The notes beneath the pieces were generated by a model. That model saw only the letters and a program-made list of their open reading frames with translations. It was not told the DNA's origin and ran no database searches. From an uncultured Actinomycetota bacterium (lineage in GTDB: Bacteria; Actinomycetota; Actinomycetes; JAHEKZ01), in assembly GCA_963743915.1 (NCBI GenBank), contig CAVURN010000001.1, positions 416,001 to 480,000 on the forward strand: 64,000 nucleotides of DNA, written 5' to 3'. Below, piece by piece: positions 48,294 to 61,056 of the stretch. Positions within the stretch are counted from its first letter, which is position 1; each line of letters begins with the position of its first letter. Both the position numbers and the translations under genes were made by a program.

Positions 48294-48449
48294 CTAGGCC
48301 TTGCCGAGGATGCGGTTGAGCTTGGTGCCGCAGACCGGACAGATGCCCTTGGCCATGCGTCGGCCGTTGGTCTCGTGCACCTCGCCGGTGAACTCGCGCT
48401 TCTCCTTGCACTTCACGCAGTAGGCGTCGCCGGTGTAACTCTCGGCCAT
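48294..48449 (-). CDS. DUF5679 small zinc-binding protein
   Basis: MAESYTGDAYCVKCKEKR...AKGICPVCGTKLNRILGK, SD AGGAGG. Confidence 0.88.
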   Translation of the reverse strand: MAESYTGDAYCVKCKEKREFTGEVHETNGRRMAKGICPVCGTKLNRILGKA

Positions 48450-48575
48450 CGTGGTGTCCTCCTGCTCGGTCACGGGACGGGTGTCCCGACGGGGCCACGG
48501 AGGCCGTGGCAGAAAGACCCTACGCCAGGAGGGGGCGACGACGGCGCAGCCGCGCGGAACGCCCCGGCCACCCCT

Positions 48576-48895
48576 TTGTCCACAGGTTGTCCACAGACCC
48601 CCGCCGCTCTGGGAGCAGAACACGAAGCCCCCGGGTCGCGCAGTCCGTCGTTCGCCTTCCCCTTGCGAACGCCGGACCCGTTATCCCGGGGGCCTCGACG
48701 CGGGAGAACGTAGAGGCCCGAGGGGACCTCCGTCAACGTCGCGCGGCGCGCCGCTGTGGACGCGGCTGTGGACAGCCTGGGGATGCGCCCGCGTGTTGCT
48801 GTGGAGCACATCCGGGACGGCATGGGGATACCGCGCGGTCACCTGCGTCGGCACCGGCATGACCTGCACCGATGTCATCCCCCGGGTGTGGACGG
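48576..48895. promoter_or_regulatory. Cluster of DnaA boxes
   Basis: Two perfect TTGTCCACA (48576-48584, 48587-48595) plus reverse-strand TGTGGACGC, TGTGGACAG, TGTGGAGCA, TGTGGACGG in one intergenic gap. Confidence 0.72.
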
Positions 48896-48932
48896 AAAAA
48901 AGTTCGTGGGTGCGGAGCCGTACGGTGACCGC

Positions 48933-49463
48933 ATGAGCGATCCAGACCATGACCGACCCGACGTCGAGGTGCGACGCAGCGCGCGCCGGCGCCGCACCGT
49001 GTCGGCGTACCGCGAGGGCACGCGCACGATCGTCCTGCTGCCCGCGCGCATGACCAAGGCGGAGGAAGCACAGTGGGTCGCCACGATGCTCGAACGCCTC
49101 GAGGCCCAGGAGCGTCGCAGCACGCCTTCTGACGAACAGCTGTGGGACCGGGCGCAGCGCCTGTCGGCCCGCTATCTGCAGGGTCGGGCACGCCCAAGCA
49201 GCGTGCGCTGGGTCACCAACCAACGCAGCCGCTGGGGCTCCTGCACGGTGCAGGACGCATCCATCCGGCTGTCCCACCGACTCCAGGGCATGCCGGAGTG
49301 GGTCGTGGACTACGTCCTGCTGCATGAGCTCGCTCACCTGCTCGAGCCGTCGCACGGCGCGAAGTTCTGGGCGCTCCTCACCGACTATCCCGACGTGGAC
49401 AGGGCGCGTGGATTCCTCGACGGCTGGTCGCTCGCGCTGCAACAGGCAGGTGTCAGCGACTAG
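48933..49463 (+). CDS. M48/YgjP-like (DUF45) metallopeptidase
   Basis: VEVRRSARRRRTV, RWGSCT, YVLLHELAHL, HGAKFW. Confidence 0.9.
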   Translation: MSDPDHDRPDVEVRRSARRRRTVSAYREGTRTIVLLPARMTKAEEAQWVATMLERLEAQERRSTPSDEQLWDRAQRLSARYLQGRARPSSVRWVTNQRSRWGSCTVQDASIRLSHRLQGMPEWVVDYVLLHELAHLLEPSHGAKFWALLTDYPDVDRARGFLDGWSLALQQAGVSD

Positions 49464-49992
49464 AGGTCGCGGCGCGCACCAGACGGCGCACGGCGTCATC
49501 GGTCTCGTGGGGCAGCGCCCCGACGGGGAACCACCGTACGTCGGCGGACTCCTCGCTGACCTGCGGCCGCGCGTCGTCCGGCGCGGTGGCGAGGAACTGC
49601 ACGTCCAGGTGGTCGCGCGCATCGGGGGCACAGGGTGCGGGGTGCCGGTCGAGCCTCAGCGGCTCCTCGTGCACCAGGCGCAGCGTCTGGAGTCCGGACT
49701 CCTCCGTCGCTTCCCGCAGCGCGGCTGACGCGAGTGTGCGGTCACCGGGCTCGAGGTGACCACCGAACTGCAGCCAGAGCCCCACCTTGCGGTGCAGGCC
49801 CAGGAGCACGCATGTCCGGGACACGTTGATGACCAGTGCCGAGGCGGTCAGGTGGTCGGGGCGTCCGGATCGCGACCAGGCAGCGGGGCGCGACGCCACA
49901 TAGGCGGTGACCGAGTCGCGGAGCGCAGCCTGCTCCGACGAGGCAGGATGCCAGTCGTGCAAGGTCGCGAGCGACGACTCCTGCAGTGTCAC
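49453..49992 (-). CDS. NUDIX hydrolase
   Basis: HLTASA, GGHLEPGD...ALREATEESG. Confidence 0.9.
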   Translation of the reverse strand: MTLQESSLATLHDWHPASSEQAALRDSVTAYVASRPAAWSRSGRPDHLTASALVINVSRTCVLLGLHRKVGLWLQFGGHLEPGDRTLASAALREATEESGLQTLRLVHEEPLRLDRHPAPCAPDARDHLDVQFLATAPDDARPQVSEESADVRWFPVGALPHETDDAVRRLVRAATSSR

Positions 49993-51302
49993 CCGGCGTC
50001 GTCGTCAGCAGCCGGTTCGGCCGGAGGGGGTGTGTCCTCGAGTGCGCTGAGGTCGAGAACCCCGGTCGAACGCGCGACAAAGGCCGCGGGGTCGTCGAGG
50101 TCGGACGCGTCGGGCAGTAAGTCCGGGTGGTCCCACACGGCGTCGCGGTCGGTCTGCGAGCGCTCGGTCGCGAGGTGGCGCCACAACGCGGCGGCGTCCC
50201 GGAGTCGGCGGGGCCGCAGCTGAAGGCCGACCAGCGTCTCGAAGGTCCGCTCCGCGGGTCCACCGGTCGCGCGGCGGCGGCGCATCGTCTCGCGCAGGGC
50301 GTCGAACGCAGGGAGCCGATCGGCGGCCGCCAGTGCGGTGACCTCGTCCACCCATCCCTCGATCAGCGCGAGCAGCACCTCGAGCCGGTCGAGAGCGGTC
50401 TGCTGCTCAGGTGTCGTCGGCGGCTCGAAGACGCCGGACGACATCAGCTCGGCGATCGCCTCGGGGCGGCTGGGGTCGATTCCGCCGAGGGCGCTCTCGA
50501 TGGCGCCGACGTCGACGGCGATCCCTCGGGCGTAGTCGGCGACTGCCGCCTCGATGTGTCCCGCCAGCCAGGGCGCGTGGTGGAAGAGCCGGACATGTGC
50601 GCACTCCCGAAGGGCCAGGTAGAGGCGCACCTGGTCGTCGGGGATCTCGAGGCCCTCACCGAAGGCGGCGATGTTCCGGGGCACCAGCGCGACGGTTCCC
50701 GTGGACGCCAGAGGCACACCGACATCGGTGGACGACAGCACCTCCTGCGCGAGCGCGCCGAGCCCTTGTCCTACCTGCCCGCCGAACATCACGCCGGACA
50801 TCTGGCTCATGACGCCCATGAGGGGTCCTGCCATGGCGCGCATCTCTTCGGGCATCTGCCCCGGCAGCGACTCGCTGGTCGCCGCGGACATCCGCTCGGC
50901 CAGCGGTGCGACAAGCGTCTTCCACCGGGGGAGGGTGTGCTCGATCCACTCGGCGCGGCTCCACGCCTCGACGCTGCTGGTTGCACTCGGGAGTGCGGTC
51001 GCGTCCTCGAGCCACAGGTCGGCGAGGGCGACGGCCTCGGTCACGGCCGCTCGTTCGGCGGGCGTGACCGACGGGTCGCCCTCAGCGGCGACCACCTGGC
51101 GCGCTGTGTCGCGCGCGAGGTCCCAGTGGACCGGCCCGGACGAGGTCGAGAGCAGCTGTCCGAAGCGCTGCAGGGCGGCACCGAGATCGGCGGTGCCCAT
51201 GCCCCCGAGCATGGCCGAGAACGGATCGGCGGGCGTGCCCGAGTCATCGGGATCGCGGTCAGGGTCGGAGGGGCCGAAGCCGAACGGCAGATCGCTCACC
51301 AT
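49989..51302 (-). CDS. Zinc-dependent metalloprotease (DUF2342-like)
   Basis: LRECAHVRLF, LALIEGWVD, MRRRRATGGPAE, LRPRRLRDA. Confidence 0.87.
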   Translation of the reverse strand: MVSDLPFGFGPSDPDRDPDDSGTPADPFSAMLGGMGTADLGAALQRFGQLLSTSSGPVHWDLARDTARQVVAAEGDPSVTPAERAAVTEAVALADLWLEDATALPSATSSVEAWSRAEWIEHTLPRWKTLVAPLAERMSAATSESLPGQMPEEMRAMAGPLMGVMSQMSGVMFGGQVGQGLGALAQEVLSSTDVGVPLASTGTVALVPRNIAAFGEGLEIPDDQVRLYLALRECAHVRLFHHAPWLAGHIEAAVADYARGIAVDVGAIESALGGIDPSRPEAIAELMSSGVFEPPTTPEQQTALDRLEVLLALIEGWVDEVTALAAADRLPAFDALRETMRRRRATGGPAERTFETLVGLQLRPRRLRDAAALWRHLATERSQTDRDAVWDHPDLLPDASDLDDPAAFVARSTGVLDLSALEDTPPPAEPAADDDAG

Positions 51303-51374
51303 GCCACGGTAACCGGCAGCGCCCCCGAGGGCGTCCCGCGATCGCTGGTGGCGTAACGGGGTAGGTTCGGCGGC

Positions 51375-51809
51375 GTGGACCGCCTGATCCCCCCCGAGGT
51401 GGCGATCGCGGACGAGCCGTTGTCCGTGGACGCCGTCGTCAGGGCGGTGAGCCACCCGGCTGCCGGTGGGCTCGTCCTGTTCATCGGAACGGTCCGCGAC
51501 CACGACCGCGAGCCCGAGCAAGGGGTGGCCTCCCTCGACTACTCGGCGCACCCCCAGGCACTGGCTGCTCTCGAACGGGTGGCCACCGAGGTGGCCGACC
51601 TGTTTCCCGGGGCCCGACTGGCTGCCCATCACAGGGTGGGCCATCTGACGGTGGGCGACCTCGCCGTGGTGGTGGCTGCCGCTTCGGCCCACCGCGACGA
51701 GGCGTTCCGCGCAGCCCGCCGGTTGATCGACGAGCTCAAGGCCGGCGTTCCCATCTGGAAGCACCAGACGTTCACTGACGGAACCGAGGAGTGGGTAGGA
51801 CTGCCGTAA
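51375..51809 (+). CDS. moaE: Molybdopterin synthase catalytic subunit
   Basis: FIGTVRDHD, HRVGHL, SAHRDEAF, PIWKHQ. Confidence 0.93.
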   Translation: MDRLIPPEVAIADEPLSVDAVVRAVSHPAAGGLVLFIGTVRDHDREPEQGVASLDYSAHPQALAALERVATEVADLFPGARLAAHHRVGHLTVGDLAVVVAAASAHRDEAFRAARRLIDELKAGVPIWKHQTFTDGTEEWVGLP

Positions 51810-51874
51810 CATGGCGGTGTCCGTCCGTCTGCTGGACGGGTCCAGTCCGAGGCGAGCGCGGGAAGGAGCCGGGC

Positions 51875-52105
51875 ATGGACGCGATGCTCTGGTGGCTCAT
51901 CCCCATCACCGCCACGCTGCTCGCGGTCGCGTGGGTCTCCTGGAACGGGCGCACGCGCCGTCCGGCCGATCCCCACGACACGTTGGCCGCCCACCGGCGA
52001 TTCACCGAGGCGCTGGCCAGCCCCGCCCCTGAGGTCTCGCGCACGGCAGACGCAGAGCAGACGGACGACTCCGACCCCGCGGCTGAGCGCCGTCGTTCGG
52101 CCTGA
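51875..52105 (+). CDS. Small membrane hypothetical protein
   Basis: SD AAGGAG, N-terminal TM LWWLIPITATLLAVAWVSW. Confidence 0.65.
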   Translation: MDAMLWWLIPITATLLAVAWVSWNGRTRRPADPHDTLAAHRRFTEALASPAPEVSRTADAEQTDDSDPAAERRRSA

Positions 52106-52111
52106 GGGCGG

Positions 52112-53167
52112 GTGAGCCGCCGGGCGCGCACGATCGCGCTCTTCGTGACCTTCGCCCTGCTCGGGGCTGCGCTCGTCGCAGGGGTGCTGCTCCCCGTCCC
52201 GTACGTACGACTGTCGCCGGGTCCGGTCTACGACGCACTGAGCGAGGTGGAGGGCGAACCGGTGGTCTCGGTGACGGGAGCCGACACCTACCCCACCAGC
52301 GGGTCGATGGGCATCACGACCGTCTACGAGAAGGGGTCGCCGGGATCGCGGCTGAGCCTCTTCGAGGCCATGCGTGGCTGGATCGCCGGCTCGGACGACG
52401 TGCTGCCGCGAGACCTGCTGTTCCCGTCGGACGCGTTCCAGGGTGACGACGCCGGGGACCAGTTCGAGCAGCAGGGCCGGCTCGAGATGGAGGAGTCCGA
52501 GCAGAACGCGGTCGTGGCTGCCCTCGAGTACACCGATCAGCCGGTGACGTTCCAGGTGCTGGTCGACGCCACTCAACCCGACACGCCTGCCGACGGCGTC
52601 CTGCGCCACGGCGATGTGGTCGTCCAGGTCGACGGTGATCCCATCACCACCTACCGCGACGTGAAGCAGGCCATGGGAGATGTGGTCCCCGGGGACGAGG
52701 TCACCGTCGTCGTGCGACGCAAGGGGGAACGTCGCGAGCTCACCATGACGACGATCCCGAACCCTGACGACGAGCAGCGGGCCTATCTGGGCGTGTCTCT
52801 TGCCCTCGGCTTCCGCAGCCCCGTCGAGGTCGACGTGGCGTTGGCGAATGTCGGGGGACCCAGTGCCGGCCTGATGTTCAGCCTCGCCATCGTCGACACC
52901 CTCACGCCCGGGGCCCTCACCGGGGGTGCCTCGGTTGCGGGGACCGGGACCATCAGCCCGCGAGGTGACGTCGGTCCCATCGGTGGGATCGTGCAGAAGA
53001 TGTACGGCGCCAGGGCCGACGGGGCCACGCTCTTCCTCGCGCCGCGGTCGAACTGCCGCGAGGTCGTCGGCAACGAGCCGGAGGGCCTCACCGTCGCTGC
53101 CGTGGGCACGCTGGACGACGCCGTCGGCGTGCTCGAGGGGGAGTCGGCGCCTCAGCCCTGCACGTGA
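52112..53167 (+). CDS. PDZ-domain / Lon-like S16 protease (YlbL family)
   Basis: N-terminal TM, PDZ, GGPSAGLMF, GPIGGIVQK (Ser-Lys dyad). Confidence 0.92.
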   Translation: MSRRARTIALFVTFALLGAALVAGVLLPVPYVRLSPGPVYDALSEVEGEPVVSVTGADTYPTSGSMGITTVYEKGSPGSRLSLFEAMRGWIAGSDDVLPRDLLFPSDAFQGDDAGDQFEQQGRLEMEESEQNAVVAALEYTDQPVTFQVLVDATQPDTPADGVLRHGDVVVQVDGDPITTYRDVKQAMGDVVPGDEVTVVVRRKGERRELTMTTIPNPDDEQRAYLGVSLALGFRSPVEVDVALANVGGPSAGLMFSLAIVDTLTPGALTGGASVAGTGTISPRGDVGPIGGIVQKMYGARADGATLFLAPRSNCREVVGNEPEGLTVAAVGTLDDAVGVLEGESAPQPCT

Positions 53168-53191
53168 GGGGCACCGGTGGTCGACACCGGC

Positions 53192-53716
53192 TCAGGCGTC
53201 ACTGGTGAGCGTGTGCAGGAGCAGGTCCCCGAGCCCACTGACCAGCTCTTCGCCGACGACCACCGACTCTGGACTGTCGTGCTCGCGCAGGCGCAGGACG
53301 GTGCACCGCTCACCACTGCGCAGCACCGCCATGGTCACGCGCAGCTCGTGACGACGTGGATGGCCAGCCGCCTCGATCCGGGCCAGGCTCGGGTCGTGGG
53401 GAAGGTCGCCCGCCGCGCCGGGGGACACCATGACGCGCTCGGCGCTCACGGCCACCCCCTCCACGCTTGCGGGCCACGTCAAACCTCGGAGGAGCTCGTC
53501 GAGGTCGGCGTGGGGAGGCAGCTGCTCCTGCTCGATCGTGGTCCACGCCGCCGAGTCGACCTCGCTTCCGAGCTGGGCTCTCAGCGCGGGCTCTCGGGTG
53601 ATGAGCAGCTGGGTGTCGGCGACGGCGAACAGCCGGGTCGGCTGGTCCCACCCGTCGGCGGACACGTAGACGTCCAGCTCGCGCACGGTCTGCTCCAGGC
53701 TGGTCACGCGGGCCAT
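53192..53716 (-). CDS. PPA1309 family protein
   Basis: GWDQPTRLFA, IEQEQLP, TWPASVEG motifs, expected synteny. Confidence 0.85.
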   Translation of the reverse strand: MARVTSLEQTVRELDVYVSADGWDQPTRLFAVADTQLLITREPALRAQLGSEVDSAAWTTIEQEQLPPHADLDELLRGLTWPASVEGVAVSAERVMVSPGAAGDLPHDPSLARIEAAGHPRRHELRVTMAVLRSGERCTVLRLREHDSPESVVVGEELVSGLGDLLLHTLTSDA

Positions 53717-53778
53717 CGTCGCACGGGGCGTCGGTGGCCGAGGCGCGGCCGACCACCTGGCCCGGTTAGTGTGAACGG

Positions 53779-56808
<3,030 letters not shown>

Positions 56809-56824
56809 TCTGTCGGAGCACCGA

Positions 56825-56898
56825 CGCGGGGTGGAGCAGCTCGGTAGCTCGCTGGGCTCATAACCCAGAGGTCGCAGGTTCAAATCCTGCCCCCGCTA
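56825..56898 (+). tRNA. tRNA-Met(CAT), initiator type
   Basis: CGCGGGGTGGAGCAGCTCGGTAGCTCGCTGGGCTCATAACCCAGAGGTCGCAGGTTCAAATCCTGCCCCCGCTA. Unpaired C1, three G-C pairs in the anticodon stem, CCA not encoded. Confidence 0.97.
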
Positions 56899-56906
56899 CG
56901 CATGTG

Positions 56907-56950
56907 AAGTCCCGGGACATCGTGAACAGGTGTCCCGGGACTTCGCTTTG
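56907..56950 (+). terminator. Hairpin terminator after the tRNA
   Basis: GAAGTCCCGGGACA...TGTCCCGGGACTTC followed by GCTTT. Confidence 0.78.
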
Positions 56951-57104
56951 GGCGCGGCTGTTTTCCGCGGGACGGATCCGTTAGGACTGGTCGACCAATG
57001 ACGGATTCCTCGACCTTCCCGGAGGTTAACGATGTCGGGACATCCGGCAACGTCGCTGCCCGTGGCTCGTGACAGCAACCGGCGCGCGTGGGAGCCTCCA
57101 TCTC

Positions 57105-57578
57105 GTGGAACTCCAGCAGGGCAGATGGACGGCCGAGCTCGAGGGTGACTTCGTCGTCTTCCTGATCGGCGCGATGGTGCATGACCCCGCGCGGGCGACC
57201 GAGGCCAGTGGTCTGCTGATGGCGATGACCGAGATGCTCGACGAGCTCGAGGCTGACCCGGCCATAGGGCTGCTGGGCTACACCCGCCACGGCGAGCCCG
57301 GAAATGGCGTGCTCGTCCAGTACTGGCGCTCGTTCGACGCCCTCGAGAGCTACGCCCGCAACCCTGGCGCCCGCCACGCACCGGTCTGGCGCGCGTGGAA
57401 CCGGCTGGCATCCGACGATCGCAACGGAGCCGGCATCTGGCACGAGACCTTCAAGGTCGCTGCCGGCAACTACGAAGCGATCTACCAGAACATGCCGGTG
57501 ATCGGCCTGCAGAAGGCGGGCAGAGCGCTGACCGTGACCGAGGCCAAGGACTCCGCCAGAGCACGGATGACCACCTGA
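57105..57578 (+). CDS. DUF4188 (monooxygenase/aldoxime dehydratase-like) protein
   Basis: FVVFLIG, VQYWRSFDALESYA, GIWHETF, YEAIYQNMP. Start uncertain (57069 or 57105). Confidence 0.85.
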   Translation: MELQQGRWTAELEGDFVVFLIGAMVHDPARATEASGLLMAMTEMLDELEADPAIGLLGYTRHGEPGNGVLVQYWRSFDALESYARNPGARHAPVWRAWNRLASDDRNGAGIWHETFKVAAGNYEAIYQNMPVIGLQKAGRALTVTEAKDSARARMTT

Positions 57579-57721
57579 TAGGCTGCTGACATCAGCTCGT
57601 TGAATTCTTGCCGCGAGTTGTCCGCACGTCGTAGCGCCTGACATCCGCTCCGTGCGTAGCCGCCTCGAGCCTTTCGGGTTTCCGGCTGTCGGTGAGATAC
57701 CGCACAGATAGCGATATTGAC

Positions 57722-59131
57722 TTGTCCTCCTTCTCTGATGTCGGCGTGTCCGCACGCCTGACGGGTGTCCTGTCCGAACTCGGCATCGACACCCCCACAC
57801 CTATCCAGGCCGCCACGTTGCCCGACGCCCTTGCCGGGCGCGACGTGCTCGGCCGTGGCCGCACAGGTTCCGGCAAGACCTTTGCCTTCCTGCTTCCACT
57901 GGTCACCCGGCTGTCCGACGGCACGGCGGCTCGTCCGAAGGCACCCCGAGCACTCATCCTGGCGCCCACGCGAGAGCTGGTCAGTCAGATCGACCAGGCC
58001 CTCGCACCGCTGGCGCAAGCAGCCGGCCTGACGTCGCGCACGATCATCGGAGGCGTCGGCCAGAACCCGCAGGTGGCCGCGCTCCGCCGAGGTGTCGACA
58101 TCCTCGTGGCGACCCCCGGGCGACTCGAGGACCTCATCGGGCAGGGGCACTGCAGCCTGGCCGCCATCGAGGTCACCGTCCTCGACGAGGCGGACCATAT
58201 GGCCGACCTGGGGTTCCTGCCCGCGGTACGCCGGCTGCTCGCGCAGACCCCCCGCGGGGGACAGCGTCTCCTCTTCTCGGCCACGCTCGACCGGGCGATC
58301 GACTCGCTCGTGCGGCAGTTCCTGGTCGACCCGGTCACGCACGAGGCCGACTCCGCGCAGTCACCGGTCAGCGCGATGTCACACCACGTGCTGCATGTGG
58401 ACCGCGAACACCGACTCCCCATCCTGGTCGACCTGACCAGTGCGCCCGGTCGCACCGTCGTGTTCACGCGCACCAAGCGCGGCGCCAAGACGCTGGCCCG
58501 CCAGTTCAACAACAGTGGCGTCCCCGCGGTCGAGCTCCACGGAAACCTTGCCCAGAACGCGCGCACCCGCAACCTCGACGCGTTTCACGATGGTCGAGCG
58601 TCGGTGCTGGTCGCGACCGACATCGCCGCCCGGGGAATTCACGTCGACGACGTGGCGCTGGTCGTTCACGCCGACCCTCCGGCTGAGCACAAGGCATACC
58701 TGCACCGCTCCGGGCGTACCGCTCGCGCGGGAAATGCCGGCACGGTCGTCACCATCATGACGAGTGATCAGGCGCATGACGTCCGCCTCCTCACCCGGGC
58801 GGCGGGCATCACACCGAAGACGACCCGGATCCAGGGTCCAGCCCACCCGGTACTGGTCGAGCTGGCTCCAGGCGAGCGGGTGCTCTCCGGCCCCGTCCAG
58901 GGCGTCGCGTCGGCGGACCCGGTGTCGCGCCAGGGGAACTCCGCGAATGGGCACCACCACAGCCGCCGACGGAGCCCGCAGCGCTCGGGTGGCTCGGCCG
59001 CGGGTTCCCCGAAGTCGCCGCGAGGGTCAGGGCAGAAGGTCGCACCCCGGACAGCCTCCCGCCGTGCCCCTGGGCGCCCCGGCTCCCAGAACGTCCGGAG
59101 TGCAGCGGCGTTCAGCTCCGGCCGCCGCTAG
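57722..59131 (+). CDS. DEAD/DEAH-box RNA helicase (second paralog)
   Basis: GRTGSGKT, PTRELV, DEAD, SAT, HRSGRTAR. Start uncertain. Confidence 0.93.
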   Translation: MSSFSDVGVSARLTGVLSELGIDTPTPIQAATLPDALAGRDVLGRGRTGSGKTFAFLLPLVTRLSDGTAARPKAPRALILAPTRELVSQIDQALAPLAQAAGLTSRTIIGGVGQNPQVAALRRGVDILVATPGRLEDLIGQGHCSLAAIEVTVLDEADHMADLGFLPAVRRLLAQTPRGGQRLLFSATLDRAIDSLVRQFLVDPVTHEADSAQSPVSAMSHHVLHVDREHRLPILVDLTSAPGRTVVFTRTKRGAKTLARQFNNSGVPAVELHGNLAQNARTRNLDAFHDGRASVLVATDIAARGIHVDDVALVVHADPPAEHKAYLHRSGRTARAGNAGTVVTIMTSDQAHDVRLLTRAAGITPKTTRIQGPAHPVLVELAPGERVLSGPVQGVASADPVSRQGNSANGHHHSRRRSPQRSGGSAAGSPKSPRGSGQKVAPRTASRRAPGRPGSQNVRSAAAFSSGRR

Positions 59132-59143
59132 GACTCCCTGGAC

Positions 59144-60214
59144 TCACGGCCGGAACCGCGTGGTGACGGCCCGCCACAGGACCTCACCGCGGTCGTGGCT
59201 GCCCAATCTCCGGGTGACGTACGCGGCGCCGTAGTGGGCGGCCGGTTCGGTCCACGCGGAGCAGCCGCCGGCACCTCCCATGCCCACCTCAAGGCGCCCA
59301 TCTTCCTCGGCAATCTGGAAGCCGAGCGTCCAAGTGACGGTGCGGTCGAGCACCAGATCGCGCCCCGTGGCTGCGGGCTCGATGAAGGCACGCCAGAGGT
59401 CGTGGCCCAGGCGCGTGGCGACCCAGCCATCGGGCCTGCGCACGTCGTCGTAGAAGGACGCCAAGGCAAGAGCACTGGCGTGCAGCGTCACGGCCGGAAA
59501 GGGCGTGCGCCGGAATCGTTCAGAGTTCAACGTGTCCGGCTCGAGCAACCCGACCGGACGTCCGAGTGCCGGGCCCCATCTGGGATCGTCCAGGTAGCCA
59601 GGCTTCCACTCGCCCGTCGGCTCGACCAGCGTCGCCACCCGGGCCAGGTCGGGCGTCTCCAATCGGAGGTGCAGATCCCATCCGGCAGTCCCGGCGATGG
59701 CGGCGAATCGCTCATGCAAAGGTTCCCCCGTCGTGCGCCTGACCACCTCGTCCAGCAGGTGTCCGTACGTCAGGGCGTGCTCGGCGACACCGGCGCCGGG
59801 GGAGTGGACGGGCGCGGCCATCGTCAAGAGCTCGACGAGCGTGTCGCGGTCGTCGTACGCCACGTGCAGCGCTTCCTCCGGAAACGTCGGCAGACCAGCT
59901 TGGTGAGAAAGCAGGTGACGAACCGTCGTGCTCTCCTTCCCATGGGCTCCGTATGCCGGCCAGAACGAGGTCACGCGGGTGTCGAGATCGAGCGCACCCT
60001 CGGCGACGGCGTCCAGGACGGTCAGGGCGGCGAAGGGCTTGGCCACCGAGAAAGTCATGACCAAGGTGTCCGAGGTCCAGGGGGACGACCCGTCTCGGGT
60101 CCCGCCGGAGTGGTCGACCTCGACGACCCCGTTGTGCACGACCGCCACGCCGGCACCCGGTTCCTGGCCGGAAGCGACCAGCTGGTCGAGCGCCTCGCGG
60201 GGGTCGATGCTCAC
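59144..60214 (-). CDS. Serine hydrolase (beta-lactamase family esterase)
   Basis: FSVAK (SxxK), LLSHQAGL, GMGGAGG. Confidence 0.88.
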   Translation of the reverse strand: MSIDPREALDQLVASGQEPGAGVAVVHNGVVEVDHSGGTRDGSSPWTSDTLVMTFSVAKPFAALTVLDAVAEGALDLDTRVTSFWPAYGAHGKESTTVRHLLSHQAGLPTFPEEALHVAYDDRDTLVELLTMAAPVHSPGAGVAEHALTYGHLLDEVVRRTTGEPLHERFAAIAGTAGWDLHLRLETPDLARVATLVEPTGEWKPGYLDDPRWGPALGRPVGLLEPDTLNSERFRRTPFPAVTLHASALALASFYDDVRRPDGWVATRLGHDLWRAFIEPAATGRDLVLDRTVTWTLGFQIAEEDGRLEVGMGGAGGCSAWTEPAAHYGAAYVTRRLGSHDRGEVLWRAVTTRFRP

Positions 60215-60258
60215 GGCGGACCACGCTACGCCCCTGCGCCGCGTGTCGGGGGTCCACG

Positions 60259-61056
60259 TCAGACGAGTCCGTCGAAGAGATCAGTCAGCATCGATGCGCC
60301 GAGCTCGTGCTCGGGCGCCGCTATCGCGTACCACTCCCGCCGGACTCGCCGTTCCCACTGCTCGCTGTTGGTCGGGTCGTCGGACATGACGTGCAGCTGG
60401 CTCTTGTGCTCGCGAAGGCCGGCGACGATGCGACTGGTGACTTCACGACAGTCGACGGTGATCCGGATCTCGTTGTCGGGAATGCCGCGCATGTGGTAAG
60501 TCTGCGTCGGGTCGAAGGTGTAGAGCCCGAGGTCAGCCCGCTGGCGGTTCCACCGTTCGAACACGGACTGGGGAACCGCTCCGTGCGCCAGACGCTGGAA
60601 CCCAGAACCGTTCCTGGAGTGCAGACGAGCAAACGCCTCATCGGTCGCGGCACCGATCGCGATGTGGTCCGGATGCCCGAAGATGCCGTCGGGGCCGAAG
60701 GTCACGACGACAGCGGGGTCCTCCTCCTCGAGGACCCCCGCCACTGCCTCGACGAGCTCTTCGAAGGGAACATCCGCGACCTCGCCGTCGGGCAGGCCTA
60801 GCCACTCGTGACGATCCGGGACGCGACCGAGGGCTCGCCAGGCAGCTTCGTCCTCGGCCCGGCGGATGGACGCGAGGGTCTGTCGAGTCGCCGGGAACCC
60901 CTCGCGGATGTCCCCCTGCTCGCCGAACGTGGCGTGAACCAGAACGAACCGGAAGTCGGGATCATCGGCGTGCAGCGCGACGCTGCCGGCGGCTCCGTAC
61001 GCATCATCGTCCGGATGCGCGAAGACGCAGGCAAGGGTGCGGTTGCTACCGGTCAT
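60259..61056 (-). CDS. PIG-L/LmbE family deacetylase/amidase
   Basis: FAHPDDD, ATFGEQG, GHPDH, HKSQ. Confidence 0.9.
   Translation of the reverse strand: MTGSNRTLACVFAHPDDDAYGAAGSVALHADDPDFRFVLVHATFGEQGDIREGFPATRQTLASIRRAEDEAAWRALGRVPDRHEWLGLPDGEVADVPFEELVEAVAGVLEEEDPAVVVTFGPDGIFGHPDHIAIGAATDEAFARLHSRNGSGFQRLAHGAVPQSVFERWNRQRADLGLYTFDPTQTYHMRGIPDNEIRITVDCREVTSRIVAGLREHKSQLHVMSDDPTNSEQWERRVRREWYAIAAPEHELGASMLTDLFDGLV

Noticed and set aside
47164-48449. ThiF/TOMM-like gene plus small Cys-rich ORF as a RiPP cluster
   Set aside because: No YcaO, dehydrogenase or transporter. The small ORF is a CxxC...CxxC DUF5679 protein, and both genes are part of conserved core synteny.
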